Below, piece by piece: positions 1-8,186 of a DNA stretch of 64,000 nt. A program made the translations under genes and the position numbers. Origin of the DNA: Elusimicrobia bacterium RIFOXYA2_FULL_39_19. GTDB lineage: Bacteria; Elusimicrobiota; Endomicrobiia; CG1-02-37-114; XYA2-FULL-39-19. The first letter of the stretch is position 1. The number at the start of each line of letters is the position of its first letter. Under the pieces are notes generated by a model. That model did no database searches, was not told the origin of the DNA, and saw only the letters and a list, made by a program, of their open reading frames with translations. The stretch is from contig MGVC01000005.1 in assembly GCA_001800285.1 (NCBI GenBank), positions 18,476 through 82,475 on the forward strand, read 5' to 3'.

Positions 1-2837
1 TCTTTGTTTTCATTTACGGCTATTTCAAACAGCGTATCCTGGCCCTGCACCATTTTGTTTCTTCTTTCCAGCAGTTCTTCCAGCTGGTCTATGGCTTTTG
101 CGCGCACATAGGAAGGCAGGGAAATTTTATCTTTTAAACCGGTAAAATCAAAAGCGCCCGCTTTTATAAGCGATTCTATTACTTTTTTATTTACCTGGCG
201 GGTATCTACTCTCATGCAGAAATCCTGTAAAGATTTATACGGCCCGCTTTTGCGCCTTTGCTCAATTATTTCTTTTACTGCCATTTCACCAACGTTTTTA
301 ATTGCTAAAAGGCCGAAACGGATTTTTTCGCCTTCTACGGTAAAGGGCATATCGGATTTTAATACATCCGGCGGCAGAACTTCTATGCCGGATTCTTTGG
401 CTTCCTGAATGTAGCTTACCAGGCGCGAACCCTCTTCTTTTGCCAGGGAACTCCTGCCTATTTCACTTATCAAAAGCGCGCAGGTATATTCCAGCGGGTA
501 ATTTGCTTTCAAATAAGCGGTGCGGTAAGCCAGCAACCCGTAAGCGGCGGCGTGAGATTTATTAAACCCGTACCCGCCGAAATGCACCATGAGGTCCCAG
601 GTTTTTTTGGATATTTTTTTATCTACGCTGTTTTTATGCGCGCCTTCCATAAAGCTGACTTCCAGCTTTGCCATTTCTTCCGGAATTTTTTTACCCATGG
701 CCTTGCGCAGTACGTCAGCCTGTCCGGCTGTAAAGCCTGCCAGTTTTATGGCTATCTGCATAACCTGTTCCTGGTACACTATAACGCCGTAAGTATCTTT
801 AAGTATCGGCTCCAGGCAGGGATGGTCATACTTGATTTTGGTTTTCTGGTGTTTTCTGGACACAAAGTCATCTATCATACCGGAACCCATGGGGCCTGGG
901 CGGTACAGGGAAACCAGCGCAATAATATCTTCAAATATGGTAGGTTTAAGTTTTCGTAAAAGGTCTTTCATGCCGGAAGATTCCAGCTGAAACACGCCGG
1001 AAGTTCTGGCTTCCTGAAGCAGTTTGAAAGTATTTTTGTCATCCAGGGGCACTAAAGACAGGTCAAAGTTTTTATCCTTATTGGCATTTATAAGTTTCTG
1101 CGCTTCTTCAATAATGGTAAGCGTGCGCAGACCCAGAAAGTCCATTTTCAACATGCCTAATTTTATAAGAGCGTCATCATTATACTGTGTGGTTACTACT
1201 TCTTCATCGCCGATGGTTTTGCGCGTAGCGCGGATAAGAGGCGCAAACTTTGTAATTTCATCTTTGGCAATCACCAGCCCGGCGGCGTGCACGCCCTGGT
1301 GCCTTTTCAGGCCTTCCAGTTTCATGGAAATATCTATCATTCTTCTTATGCCTTCATCAGAATTATAAATATCTTTCAGTTCTTTTACGTTGGTTATAGA
1401 CTGGTAAAGCGTAGAGCCCTGCGGGATAAGTTTGGCTATGCGGTCGCCGTCTGCTACGGCAAAACCCATTACGCGCGCCACGTCGCGCACTACCAGGCGC
1501 GCCTGCATGGTGCCGAAAGTGATAATCTGGGCTACGTTTTTTTCGCCGTATTTGTTTCTTACATATTTTATTACTTTATCACGGCCGTAATCTGCAAAGT
1601 CTATGTCCAGGTCAGGCATGGTTTTTCTGTCGGGGTTTAAAAATCTTTCAAACAGCAGGCCGTATTTTAGCGGGCAGATATCCGTAATACCCAGTGAGTA
1701 GGAAACTATGGCTCCGGCACCGGAGCCTCTGCCGGGGCCAACGGGCACGCCGTTATTTTTAGCGTACTGCACAAAATCATTTACAATTAAAAAGTATTGC
1801 GAAAAACCCATTTTACTAATTACCGATAGCTCAAAATCCAGCCGCGCTTGTATTGCCGAGGTCACTTCTTTATATCTTTTCTTTAAACCTGCTTCGCAGA
1901 GTTTTCTTAAATAGGTATCTGCGGTTTCCCCTTTTGGAACTTCATAGTGGGGCAGGTAGGTCTGGTCAAAACTTAAGCGCAGATTGCACTTTTCGGCTAT
2001 TCTTATGGTGTTTTTTATGGCTTCAGGATAGGCGCTGAAAACTTTCATCATTTCTTCTGGCAGTTTATAATAAAACTGATTTGTGGAAAATTTCAAACGG
2101 GTCGGGTCATCAAGTTTTTTACCCGTGCCTATGCATAAAAGCGCATCGTGCGATGTGTAGGCGTCTTCTTTGTGCAGGTAGTGGCAGTCATTGGTGGCAA
2201 CAATGGGTGTTTCAGTTTTGTTGGCAAGCTCAATAAGCTTCGGTAGTACTGCCCTCTGCTCTACCATGCCGTTATCCATAATCTCTATATAAACATTTTC
2301 CGCGCCGAAAATATCTTTATACTTATCCAGCAAATCATACGCCAGTTCTTTATTGCCGGAAGCCAGCGCTTCGGGTATCTGGCCGTGCAGGCAGCCGGTC
2401 AGGCAGATAAGCCCCTTGCTGTATTTTCTAAGCACTTCATAATCAACGCGCGGTTTATAATAAAACCCTTCCAGAAAACCTATGCTGACTAAACGCATCA
2501 GATTATTATAACCTTCAAGGTCTTTTGAAAGCAGGGTTAAATGGAAAGTTTTGCCTATGGTTTCCGGTTTGCTTTTGTCTAAAATTCTGGTTTTATCGGT
2601 GACATAAACCTCACAGCCTACAATGGGTTTAATGCCTTCATTTATGCAGGTAGAGTAAAACTCTATGGCGCCGGACATATTGCCGTGGTCTGTAATGGCC
2701 AGGGCAGGCATTTTATAGCTGGATACAAATTTTATCAGCTCTGACGGGCCGCCTTTATCGTTTACAATACGGCAGGCGCCGTCAAGCAGTGAATATTCCG
2801 TATGATTGTGCAGATGTACAAACTGTGAATTCGGCAT
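1..2837 (-). CDS. dnaE: DNA polymerase III alpha subunit (DnaE), N-terminal ~945 aa; C-terminal part lies beyond window start
   Basis: Minus-strand translation from ATG (complement of 2835-2837) gives MPNSQFVHLHNHTEYSLLDGACRIVNDKGGPSELIKFVSSYKMPALAITDHGNMSGAIEFY..., the canonical DnaE PHP-domain N-terminus. No stop is reached before position 1. An RBS-like AAGGA sits 5 nt upstream. The six-frame track shows only short antisense ORFs on the plus strand here. Confidence 0.85.
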   Translation of the reverse strand, partial: MPNSQFVHLHNHTEYSLLDGACRIVNDKGGPSELIKFVSSYKMPALAITDHGNMSGAIEFYSTCINEGIKPIVGCEVYVTDKTRILDKSKPETIGKTFHLTLLSKDLEGYNNLMRLVSIGFLEGFYYKPRVDYEVLRKYSKGLICLTGCLHGQIPEALASGNKELAYDLLDKYKDIFGAENVYIEIMDNGMVEQRAVLPKLIELANKTETPIVATNDCHYLHKEDAYTSHDALLCIGTGKKLDDPTRLKFSTNQFYYKLPEEMMKVFSAYPEAIKNTIRIAEKCNLRLSFDQTYLPHYEVPKGETADTYLRKLCEAGLKKRYKEVTSAIQARLDFELSVISKMGFSQYFLIVNDFVQYAKNNGVPVGPGRGSGAGAIVSYSLGITDICPLKYGLLFERFLNPDRKTMPDLDIDFADYGRDKVIKYVRNKYGEKNVAQIITFGTMQARLVVRDVARVMGFAVADGDRIAKLIPQGSTLYQSITNVKELKDIYNSDEGIRRMIDISMKLEGLKRHQGVHAAGLVIAKDEITKFAPLIRATRKTIGDEEVVTTQYNDDALIKLGMLKMDFLGLRTLTIIEEAQKLINANKDKNFDLSLVPLDDKNTFKLLQEARTSGVFQLESSGMKDLLRKLKPTIFEDIIALVSLYRPGPMGSGMIDDFVSRKHQKTKIKYDHPCLEPILKDTYGVIVYQEQVMQIAIKLAGFTAGQADVLRKAMGKKIPEEMAKLEVSFMEGAHKNSVDKKISKKTWDLMVHFGGYGFNKSHAAAYGLLAYRTAYLKANYPLEYTCALLISEIGRSSLAKEEGSRLVSYIQEAKESGIEVLPPDVLKSDMPFTVEGEKIRFGLLAIKNVGEMAVKEIIEQRRKSGPYKSLQDFCMRVDTRQVNKKVIESLIKAGAFDFTGLKDKISLPSYVRAKAIDQLEELLERRNKMVQGQDTLFEIAVNENK

Positions 2838-2847
2838 TTATTCCTTT

Positions 2848-4026
2848 CTATATTCCCAAATCTGTGGGCGCCCGGCCTATACTGCGCAGCAGGGCAATAA
2901 CTCTGCTGATATTAGCGGTTACTTTTATGTCTGTACCGGCTCTTTGGGGATAGATTTCATAAAGTTTCCGGTATTTTTCGGGTGTCAGGTTTATCATCAG
3001 CGAATTTCCGCCCGCCATTAAACCGCTTTTGGCGCCGTTTTCTTTATCCAGCGTTTCTAATGATGTGGTAACAAGTATTTTTGCTTCCGGGCAGGCAAGG
3101 CGCGCTTTGGCTATGGCGTTTAACGCCAGTTCCAAAGACGGTTTGTTTTCATTTGCCAGCGGTGTCTGCGGATGCGGTATAAAAGGCCCGAAAGAAAACA
3201 TATCCGTGCCAAGCGCTGTAGTAAGTTTGATATCATTTTCTAAATCTTCCCGGGTCTGCCCCGGCAGGCCTGCTAAAAATCCGGTAAAAATCAGGTAACC
3301 CATGTCCCGCAGCTGTTTAATCAGTTCCAGGCGTTTATTAAAATCACTGTCCGGTTTCATTTTTTTATATAACTGCGGATTGCTGGTTTCAAACCTTAAC
3401 AGCACGCCGCGGGCGCCTTCGTCATACAGGCGTTTATAAAAAGATATATCTTTTTCCCCTACGCTTAAAATAAGCAGTATGGGTGTTTTTTCCATTATGG
3501 ATTTTACTACAGAACCCATTATTTCTGCTGTATAGCTGTCATCTTCACCGGACTGCAGGACCAGCGCTTTAAAACCGTGCAGATTTATTGCGTCAGCCGC
3601 CGACTGAATAATTTCATCGGGCTCCATTTGGTATCTTTTAAGCTGTTTATTATCTTTTCTTAAACCGCAGTACAGGCAGTTATGTTTGCAGTAGTTTGAA
3701 AATTCTATTATTCCGTGCACACAGCAGGAATTGCCGGAATATTTATGGCGCACGGCATTGGCCTTTTCATACATGGTTTTTGTTTCCCGGGCAAGGTTTT
3801 TATCTACCTGTGCAAGCTCATGAAACATTTCTTTCCAGGACTCCAGCACCGGCAGGGCCTCGCGCTCTGATATTCTTTGGATTACCAGCCCGCCCTGGGC
3901 ATAAATGTATTCGCCTAAAGCAAGGTTATAAAATTCATTTCTTGCTTTCTTTTGCTCACCGAAGTATTCTACGGTGATTATTTTATCGTTAATTTCTACT
4001 ACTTTTCCCGGAATGGCGTAGCACAT
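2848..4026 (-). CDS. hydE: HypC/HupF-family N-terminal domain fused to a HydE-like (BioB-type) radical SAM maturase
   Basis: N-terminal MCYAIPGKVVEI...GEYIYAQGGLVIQRISEREAL matches HypC signature MC(L/I)AIPxKV...VHVGFA. Residues ~110 onward carry SNYCKHNCLYCGLRKDN (CX3CX2C), which closely resembles the HydE motif NVCRKNCLYCGLRRDN, followed by a BioB-like TIM-barrel-length region. Confidence 0.65.
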   Translation of the reverse strand: MCYAIPGKVVEINDKIITVEYFGEQKKARNEFYNLALGEYIYAQGGLVIQRISEREALPVLESWKEMFHELAQVDKNLARETKTMYEKANAVRHKYSGNSCCVHGIIEFSNYCKHNCLYCGLRKDNKQLKRYQMEPDEIIQSAADAINLHGFKALVLQSGEDDSYTAEIMGSVVKSIMEKTPILLILSVGEKDISFYKRLYDEGARGVLLRFETSNPQLYKKMKPDSDFNKRLELIKQLRDMGYLIFTGFLAGLPGQTREDLENDIKLTTALGTDMFSFGPFIPHPQTPLANENKPSLELALNAIAKARLACPEAKILVTTSLETLDKENGAKSGLMAGGNSLMINLTPEKYRKLYEIYPQRAGTDIKVTANISRVIALLRSIGRAPTDLGI

Positions 4027-4040
4027 TTTGTTTTAGGGGT

Positions 4041-5498
4041 TCAGTAAAACAAATCCCGTTCTCCATTTTTTATCTGCGCCAGTTTATCTGTTACCTGCGC
4101 ACGCATTTTCTTATCTTCAATTTTGTTTAAATAATGGTTTATTAATTTATAGCCGGGTTTGTAGGCGCCGTTTTGTTTTGCAAAATCTTCCAGATATTCA
4201 GCAAAGGTCAGCAGGCCGTTTACCCGGCAGAATTTATGTATTTCACCTGGTTTGGACAGTTCCATGAAATGTTCACCGGTCCTGCCCAGCCGGTAACATG
4301 CCGTGCAGAAACTTGGCAGCAGTTTTTGCGGCAGAATGGATTTTATAACTTCGCTTAAAGAACGTTCATCACTTACTTCAAACTGCACGCCCTTTTTTTT
4401 GTTTCCGTAACCGCCCACTTCCGTAACACTGGCGGCGGACGCCTGGGAAATACCCAGTTTAAAAGCCTGTTTTCTTATCTGCGCGCTTTCCCGGGTGCTG
4501 ATAATCATGCCTGTGTAAGGGACAGCAAGGCGCAGTATGGCAATAAGTTTTAAAAAGTCATTATCTGCTACCGGATATTCCGGCTTATAAGTTACAGACG
4601 GCGCTGGCCGGAATCTGGGTACAGAAATAGTGTGCGGGCCGGTGCCGTGCTTTTTTTCCAGGTAATCTGCGTGCATAATAAGAGCCAGCACCTCAAAGCG
4701 CCAGTCATAAAGCCCGAATAAAACACCGAGGCCTATATCATCAAGGCCTGCTTTGAATGCTTTATCATACGCGGTTAACTGCCTTTGATAATCTGCTTTT
4801 AAGCCTGTATGCAGTTTTTCAAAAGTTTCTTTGTGGTAAGTTTCCTGAAAGAGCTGGTAGGTGCCTATTTTTGATTTTTTAAGTTTCCTGTAATTTTCTT
4901 CAGTGGTGGCGGCAATGTTTACGTTTATCCGGCGTATTGAACCCCTGGGTGTTTTTACAGAGTATATGGTTTCTATGGCTTTGGTTATGTAATCAATGGT
5001 ATTTTTTTCACTGTCTTCGCCAAGCTCCAGCAAGACTCTTTTGTGGCCTGCATTAATAAGGTACGTTACCTGGGCCTTAATTTCTTCAAAAGAAAGTTTT
5101 TTTCTTTTAAGCGCGGTATTTTCTTTATGAAAATTGCAATAATCGCAGTTATTAACGCAGTAATCGGAAATATACAGCGGGGCAAAAAATACAATTCTTT
5201 CGCCGTAAATTTCGTTTTTAATATGGTTTGCCGTTTCAAATAGCTTATTGATAAGTTTTTTGTTTTTTAGGTTTAGCAGTATGCCCGCTTCTTTAAGACT
5301 GAGGCCTTTTTTCTGACGGGCTTTTTTAAGTACTGCTAAAACAGCTTTATCAGCAGGACTTTGTGTCTGCTTTAAAATACCGTTTATAACCTGTTCATTT
5401 ATTATGTTCATAACATATTTTCCTGTTATTTTTCTGATCCTCTCCACTTGCAGATTGTGTCGCAATTTTGGAATGTAGTGGCCAAGCTTGCTTGGCAA
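4041..5498 (-). CDS. hydG: [FeFe]-hydrogenase-type radical SAM maturase HydG (ThiH-like tyrosine lyase)
   Basis: N-terminal CVNNCDYC (CX3CX2C) radical SAM motif. C-terminal CTACYRLGRTGEHFMELSKPGEIHKFC is an exact CX2CX22C second-cluster motif diagnostic of HydG. Size is 485 aa. Confidence 0.8.
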   Translation of the reverse strand: MPSKLGHYIPKLRHNLQVERIRKITGKYVMNIINEQVINGILKQTQSPADKAVLAVLKKARQKKGLSLKEAGILLNLKNKKLINKLFETANHIKNEIYGERIVFFAPLYISDYCVNNCDYCNFHKENTALKRKKLSFEEIKAQVTYLINAGHKRVLLELGEDSEKNTIDYITKAIETIYSVKTPRGSIRRINVNIAATTEENYRKLKKSKIGTYQLFQETYHKETFEKLHTGLKADYQRQLTAYDKAFKAGLDDIGLGVLFGLYDWRFEVLALIMHADYLEKKHGTGPHTISVPRFRPAPSVTYKPEYPVADNDFLKLIAILRLAVPYTGMIISTRESAQIRKQAFKLGISQASAASVTEVGGYGNKKKGVQFEVSDERSLSEVIKSILPQKLLPSFCTACYRLGRTGEHFMELSKPGEIHKFCRVNGLLTFAEYLEDFAKQNGAYKPGYKLINHYLNKIEDKKMRAQVTDKLAQIKNGERDLFY

Positions 5499-5640
5499 TA
5501 TTAAATAGCACCGTCTTTTATCATCTGTCTGCCGACCAAGACCTACTATCCTTCCAAGCGGATGTCTGTAGGCACGAATAATGTTGCTGGTCGGCCACTA
5601 CCATTATAACACAGTATGTTGCGTGATGGCGAAGTGATGG
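5499..5640 (-). ncRNA. Candidate structured 5' leader RNA (nested helices) between hypA and hydG; unassigned class
   Basis: Minus-strand read: GTTATAATGG (a -10-like element), then GTAGTGGCC...GGCCACTAC enclosing GGCCGACCAG...CTTGGTCGGC and hairpin GCCAAGCAAGCTTGGC. These are long-range complementary segments within a 140-nt noncoding gap. Confidence 0.25.
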
Positions 5641-5648
5641 GTGTGGCT

Positions 5649-5999
5649 TTACTTATCGCCTTCTATGCTTTCAAGATATATGTCTTTCCCCGAAACCAGC
5701 TCAATATTTTTGCTTTTACATTTCGGGCACCCATCAAAAGTAATGGTGTCCGCAGTAATTTCTTCCCCGCAATTCAGGCATTTTGAGCGCAGGGGCTCTT
5801 TTATTACAACAAGTTTTGCTTTGTCTGCTATGGTGCCGGGAAATATATGATCTATAAAACTGTGGCGCAACAGGTCTTCCAGCACACCGCCGGCTTCGCC
5901 TAGCTTTACTGTTACCTTGGTTACTTTTTTGAGGTTATTGTGCTTGGCTTCTATTAATAGTTTTTCAAACAAGTCTCTTGCTATACCGGTTTCATGCAT
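5649..5999 (-). CDS. hypA: Hydrogenase nickel-incorporation protein HypA/HybF
   Basis: MHE start, 116 aa, C-terminal zinc motif CLNCGEE...CPKCKS (CxxC-Xn-CxxC), typical of HypA. Confidence 0.8.
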   Translation of the reverse strand: MHETGIARDLFEKLLIEAKHNNLKKVTKVTVKLGEAGGVLEDLLRHSFIDHIFPGTIADKAKLVVIKEPLRSKCLNCGEEITADTITFDGCPKCKSKNIELVSGKDIYLESIEGDK

Positions 6000-6040
6000 T
6001 GGAGTTTTCTCTTTCTTTGGGTTATTTAGGTTGATAAACG

Positions 6041-6403
6041 TTGGCAGGTGTTTCCTGTAGGAACATTCTACAAAATAAGGGCTCTCAATTCAAACAAAAT
6101 GAAATCATGGTAGCCATTGCCGCCAGAACACGATTGATTGACAATAATCTTCACTATTTATATAATTCTTTTATGGCAGGCGAAATAGGAATTTCCAAAT
6201 GGTTGTCGTATTCTTCAGCGCAAAAAATAAAACATTTAAAAACTACCGAAAATAAACGCGCCGTTAAACTGCAGAAATTAACCTACGCACAAGCTGTAAA
6301 ACAAACCCACCAGTTGCTCCGTTATGTAGATTTATTGCCGCATAAAACACGCAGGCATAAACCTGTTGGTATTGGAGTTACCCTTGGCACACATAAAGTT
6401 TGA
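6041..6403 (+). CDS. Hypothetical ORF in hypA upstream gap (doubtful)
   Basis: 120-aa ORF from the track with no recognisable motif and no RBS seen. It may be spurious within a 427-nt intergenic/promoter region. Confidence 0.12.
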   Translation: MAGVSCRNILQNKGSQFKQNEIMVAIAARTRLIDNNLHYLYNSFMAGEIGISKWLSYSSAQKIKHLKTTENKRAVKLQKLTYAQAVKQTHQLLRYVDLLPHKTRRHKPVGIGVTLGTHKV

Positions 6404-6426
6404 AGACGGCGTGCTATTATTTCTGC

Positions 6427-6981
6427 TTACTTTTCCTGCAATAAAATAACGTTGCAATTCTTGTCAAATTCCTTTAAAACTTCCTGGCTGACTCTTTTAT
6501 AAATCTCAAAATCTTCATACACTATGGCAAACACACCGCTTTCTGACGGCTCTGCATTAATTGAAAGAATAGTTTTACCGTCATTCCATTTCAGCGTGCC
6601 GTCATTTATGCAGGCAGGCCCATAAATTGCATTATAATAATCGCATATTTTTCCGTGAAACCCGCAAAATTCATCCATAGAATCATTATCATTTATGGAA
6701 TAAATTGTATGTATGCTGTACAACTGCCTGTCGTAAAATATCAGATTAACATATTTCACATATTTGTTATCAACGTCGTTTAACAGTACATTGCCCCAAT
6801 GTTTACTGCTTTCCATATCCTTTTTATAGTTGCCGGTAAAAACCAGGTTGCTGAAACTGGTACCCAGCGTGTAGCCGTAAAGAGTGCGTTTCAGGCTTGG
6901 GCTTGAACGAAGAAGGGCCTGAGCGTTTAACATACTCATAAAACCGGATAAAACAATTAAAAACATTATAATCTTTTTCAT
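6427..6981 (-). CDS. Secreted Cys-containing hypothetical protein (signal peptide)
   Basis: N-terminal MKKIIMFLIVLSGFMSMLNAQA signal peptide; 184 aa; several Cys (CGFHGKIC, CIND). Lies directly downstream of the PorV-like gene on the same strand. Confidence 0.55.
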   Translation of the reverse strand: MKKIIMFLIVLSGFMSMLNAQALLRSSPSLKRTLYGYTLGTSFSNLVFTGNYKKDMESSKHWGNVLLNDVDNKYVKYVNLIFYDRQLYSIHTIYSINDNDSMDEFCGFHGKICDYYNAIYGPACINDGTLKWNDGKTILSINAEPSESGVFAIVYEDFEIYKRVSQEVLKEFDKNCNVILLQEK

Positions 6982-7070
6982 AAAGCCTCCATTTTTTATA
7001 ACACCCTCACCTCAATCCTCTCCGATGAGGAAAGGATGAAAACAGAAGTATAATTTTGTTTTAATAAGTC

Positions 7071-8186
7071 TTATGGTGCAATATTATTTTCTGGCATGGG
7101 TAAACTTTCCAGCTTTTCTTCAGCCGGCACAACTTCCGGAACTGCTTGTATTTGTGGTTGCGTTTGGGTTTCCGGCGTTTTTTCTTCCTTTGCTTCTGGT
7201 ACAGTTGTCTGTACCAAATCTTTGCTTTTATTATATTTAAAAGGCATAGTCAGCGAAAGCCTGTAAGTATTTCCTAAATATCCGTACGGAGAAAAAGAGC
7301 AGTCCACATTTCCATAAGCACTGTTTATCCCAAACCCTGCAGACAACCCGCTGTCTGCCTGGTTGCGCCCGTTAAAACCAAGCCTTAGTTTTAGAATATG
7401 CAGTAAAGTATATTCAGCACCCATATTGATTATTAGCGGAACATCTTTTGAAAAGGTTGTATCAAAAGCAAAAAGCAGGTTTTGTTCAGGCAGAGTGTAT
7501 GCCGCGCCCAGTTTAAAATTTAACGGCAACTCTTCCTGCGTGCTGTAGAATTTTGCCCTTGTGCCAAGGTTTTGCAATACAGCTCCTGACTGAAAAACCT
7601 CATTGAATTTATACAAACATCCAATATCAATTGCTATTGCCTGTGTTTTTACAAAATCAATTCTTTCGTTTATATATTTCACGCTTAACCCGGCAGACAG
7701 CTTATCATTTAGTTGTTTTCCGCTGCCTAATGTCACCGCCATATCCTGTAAAAGATACTCACTCAGGCCATAGCCATTTCTATTTGAAATAGTAGTCCTT
7801 TGAATTGTGCCCCAGTCAACAATATTTATACTGCCGCCAAAACCAGTATTGGACACAAAGGCAAAATACCGCTGATTTATTTTCTGCAGCCAGAAAGTGT
7901 GCATAAAGTTTACTTCACTTCTTTTTATAACAGCCAAGCCGGCAGGATTATAGTACAAAGCATTAAAATCATCCGCTACGGCTGTAAAGGCCCCGCCCAT
8001 ACCTGCAGGCCTTATGCCTGTATCCAGCCTTAAAAAACCAAAAGGCGTAGTACCCGCACCTTCAGCAGACAAACGGATAGGCGCAGATAAAACACAGAAT
8101 ATACCGGCACAGAAAATCCAGAGCAGAACTCTGCTGTGTTTTCCTTTTAGAAATGAAAGTGTATTTTTTATAATTACCAGTTTCAT
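7071..8186 (-). CDS. PorV/PorQ (LptO)-family outer-membrane beta-barrel, T9SS cargo-shuttle-like
   Basis: Signal peptide, then GAGTTPFGFLRLDTGIRPAGMGGAFTAVADDFNALYYNPAGLA, a family-defining N-terminal motif of PorV/PorQ/UPF0164 barrels. Alternating beta-strand pattern with aromatic C-terminal region. Start ATG overlaps the giant gene's stop (ATGA at 8183-8186). Confidence 0.55.
   Translation of the reverse strand: MKLVIIKNTLSFLKGKHSRVLLWIFCAGIFCVLSAPIRLSAEGAGTTPFGFLRLDTGIRPAGMGGAFTAVADDFNALYYNPAGLAVIKRSEVNFMHTFWLQKINQRYFAFVSNTGFGGSINIVDWGTIQRTTISNRNGYGLSEYLLQDMAVTLGSGKQLNDKLSAGLSVKYINERIDFVKTQAIAIDIGCLYKFNEVFQSGAVLQNLGTRAKFYSTQEELPLNFKLGAAYTLPEQNLLFAFDTTFSKDVPLIINMGAEYTLLHILKLRLGFNGRNQADSGLSAGFGINSAYGNVDCSFSPYGYLGNTYRLSLTMPFKYNKSKDLVQTTVPEAKEEKTPETQTQPQIQAVPEVVPAEEKLESLPMPENNIAP

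Noticed and set aside
214-2038. Several 60-135-aa plus-strand ORFs (214-408, 552-959, 1024-1368, 1287-1640, 1708-1914, 1853-2038)
   Set aside because: They lie antisense within the clearly recognisable dnaE reading frame on the minus strand, have no motifs, and overlap one another.
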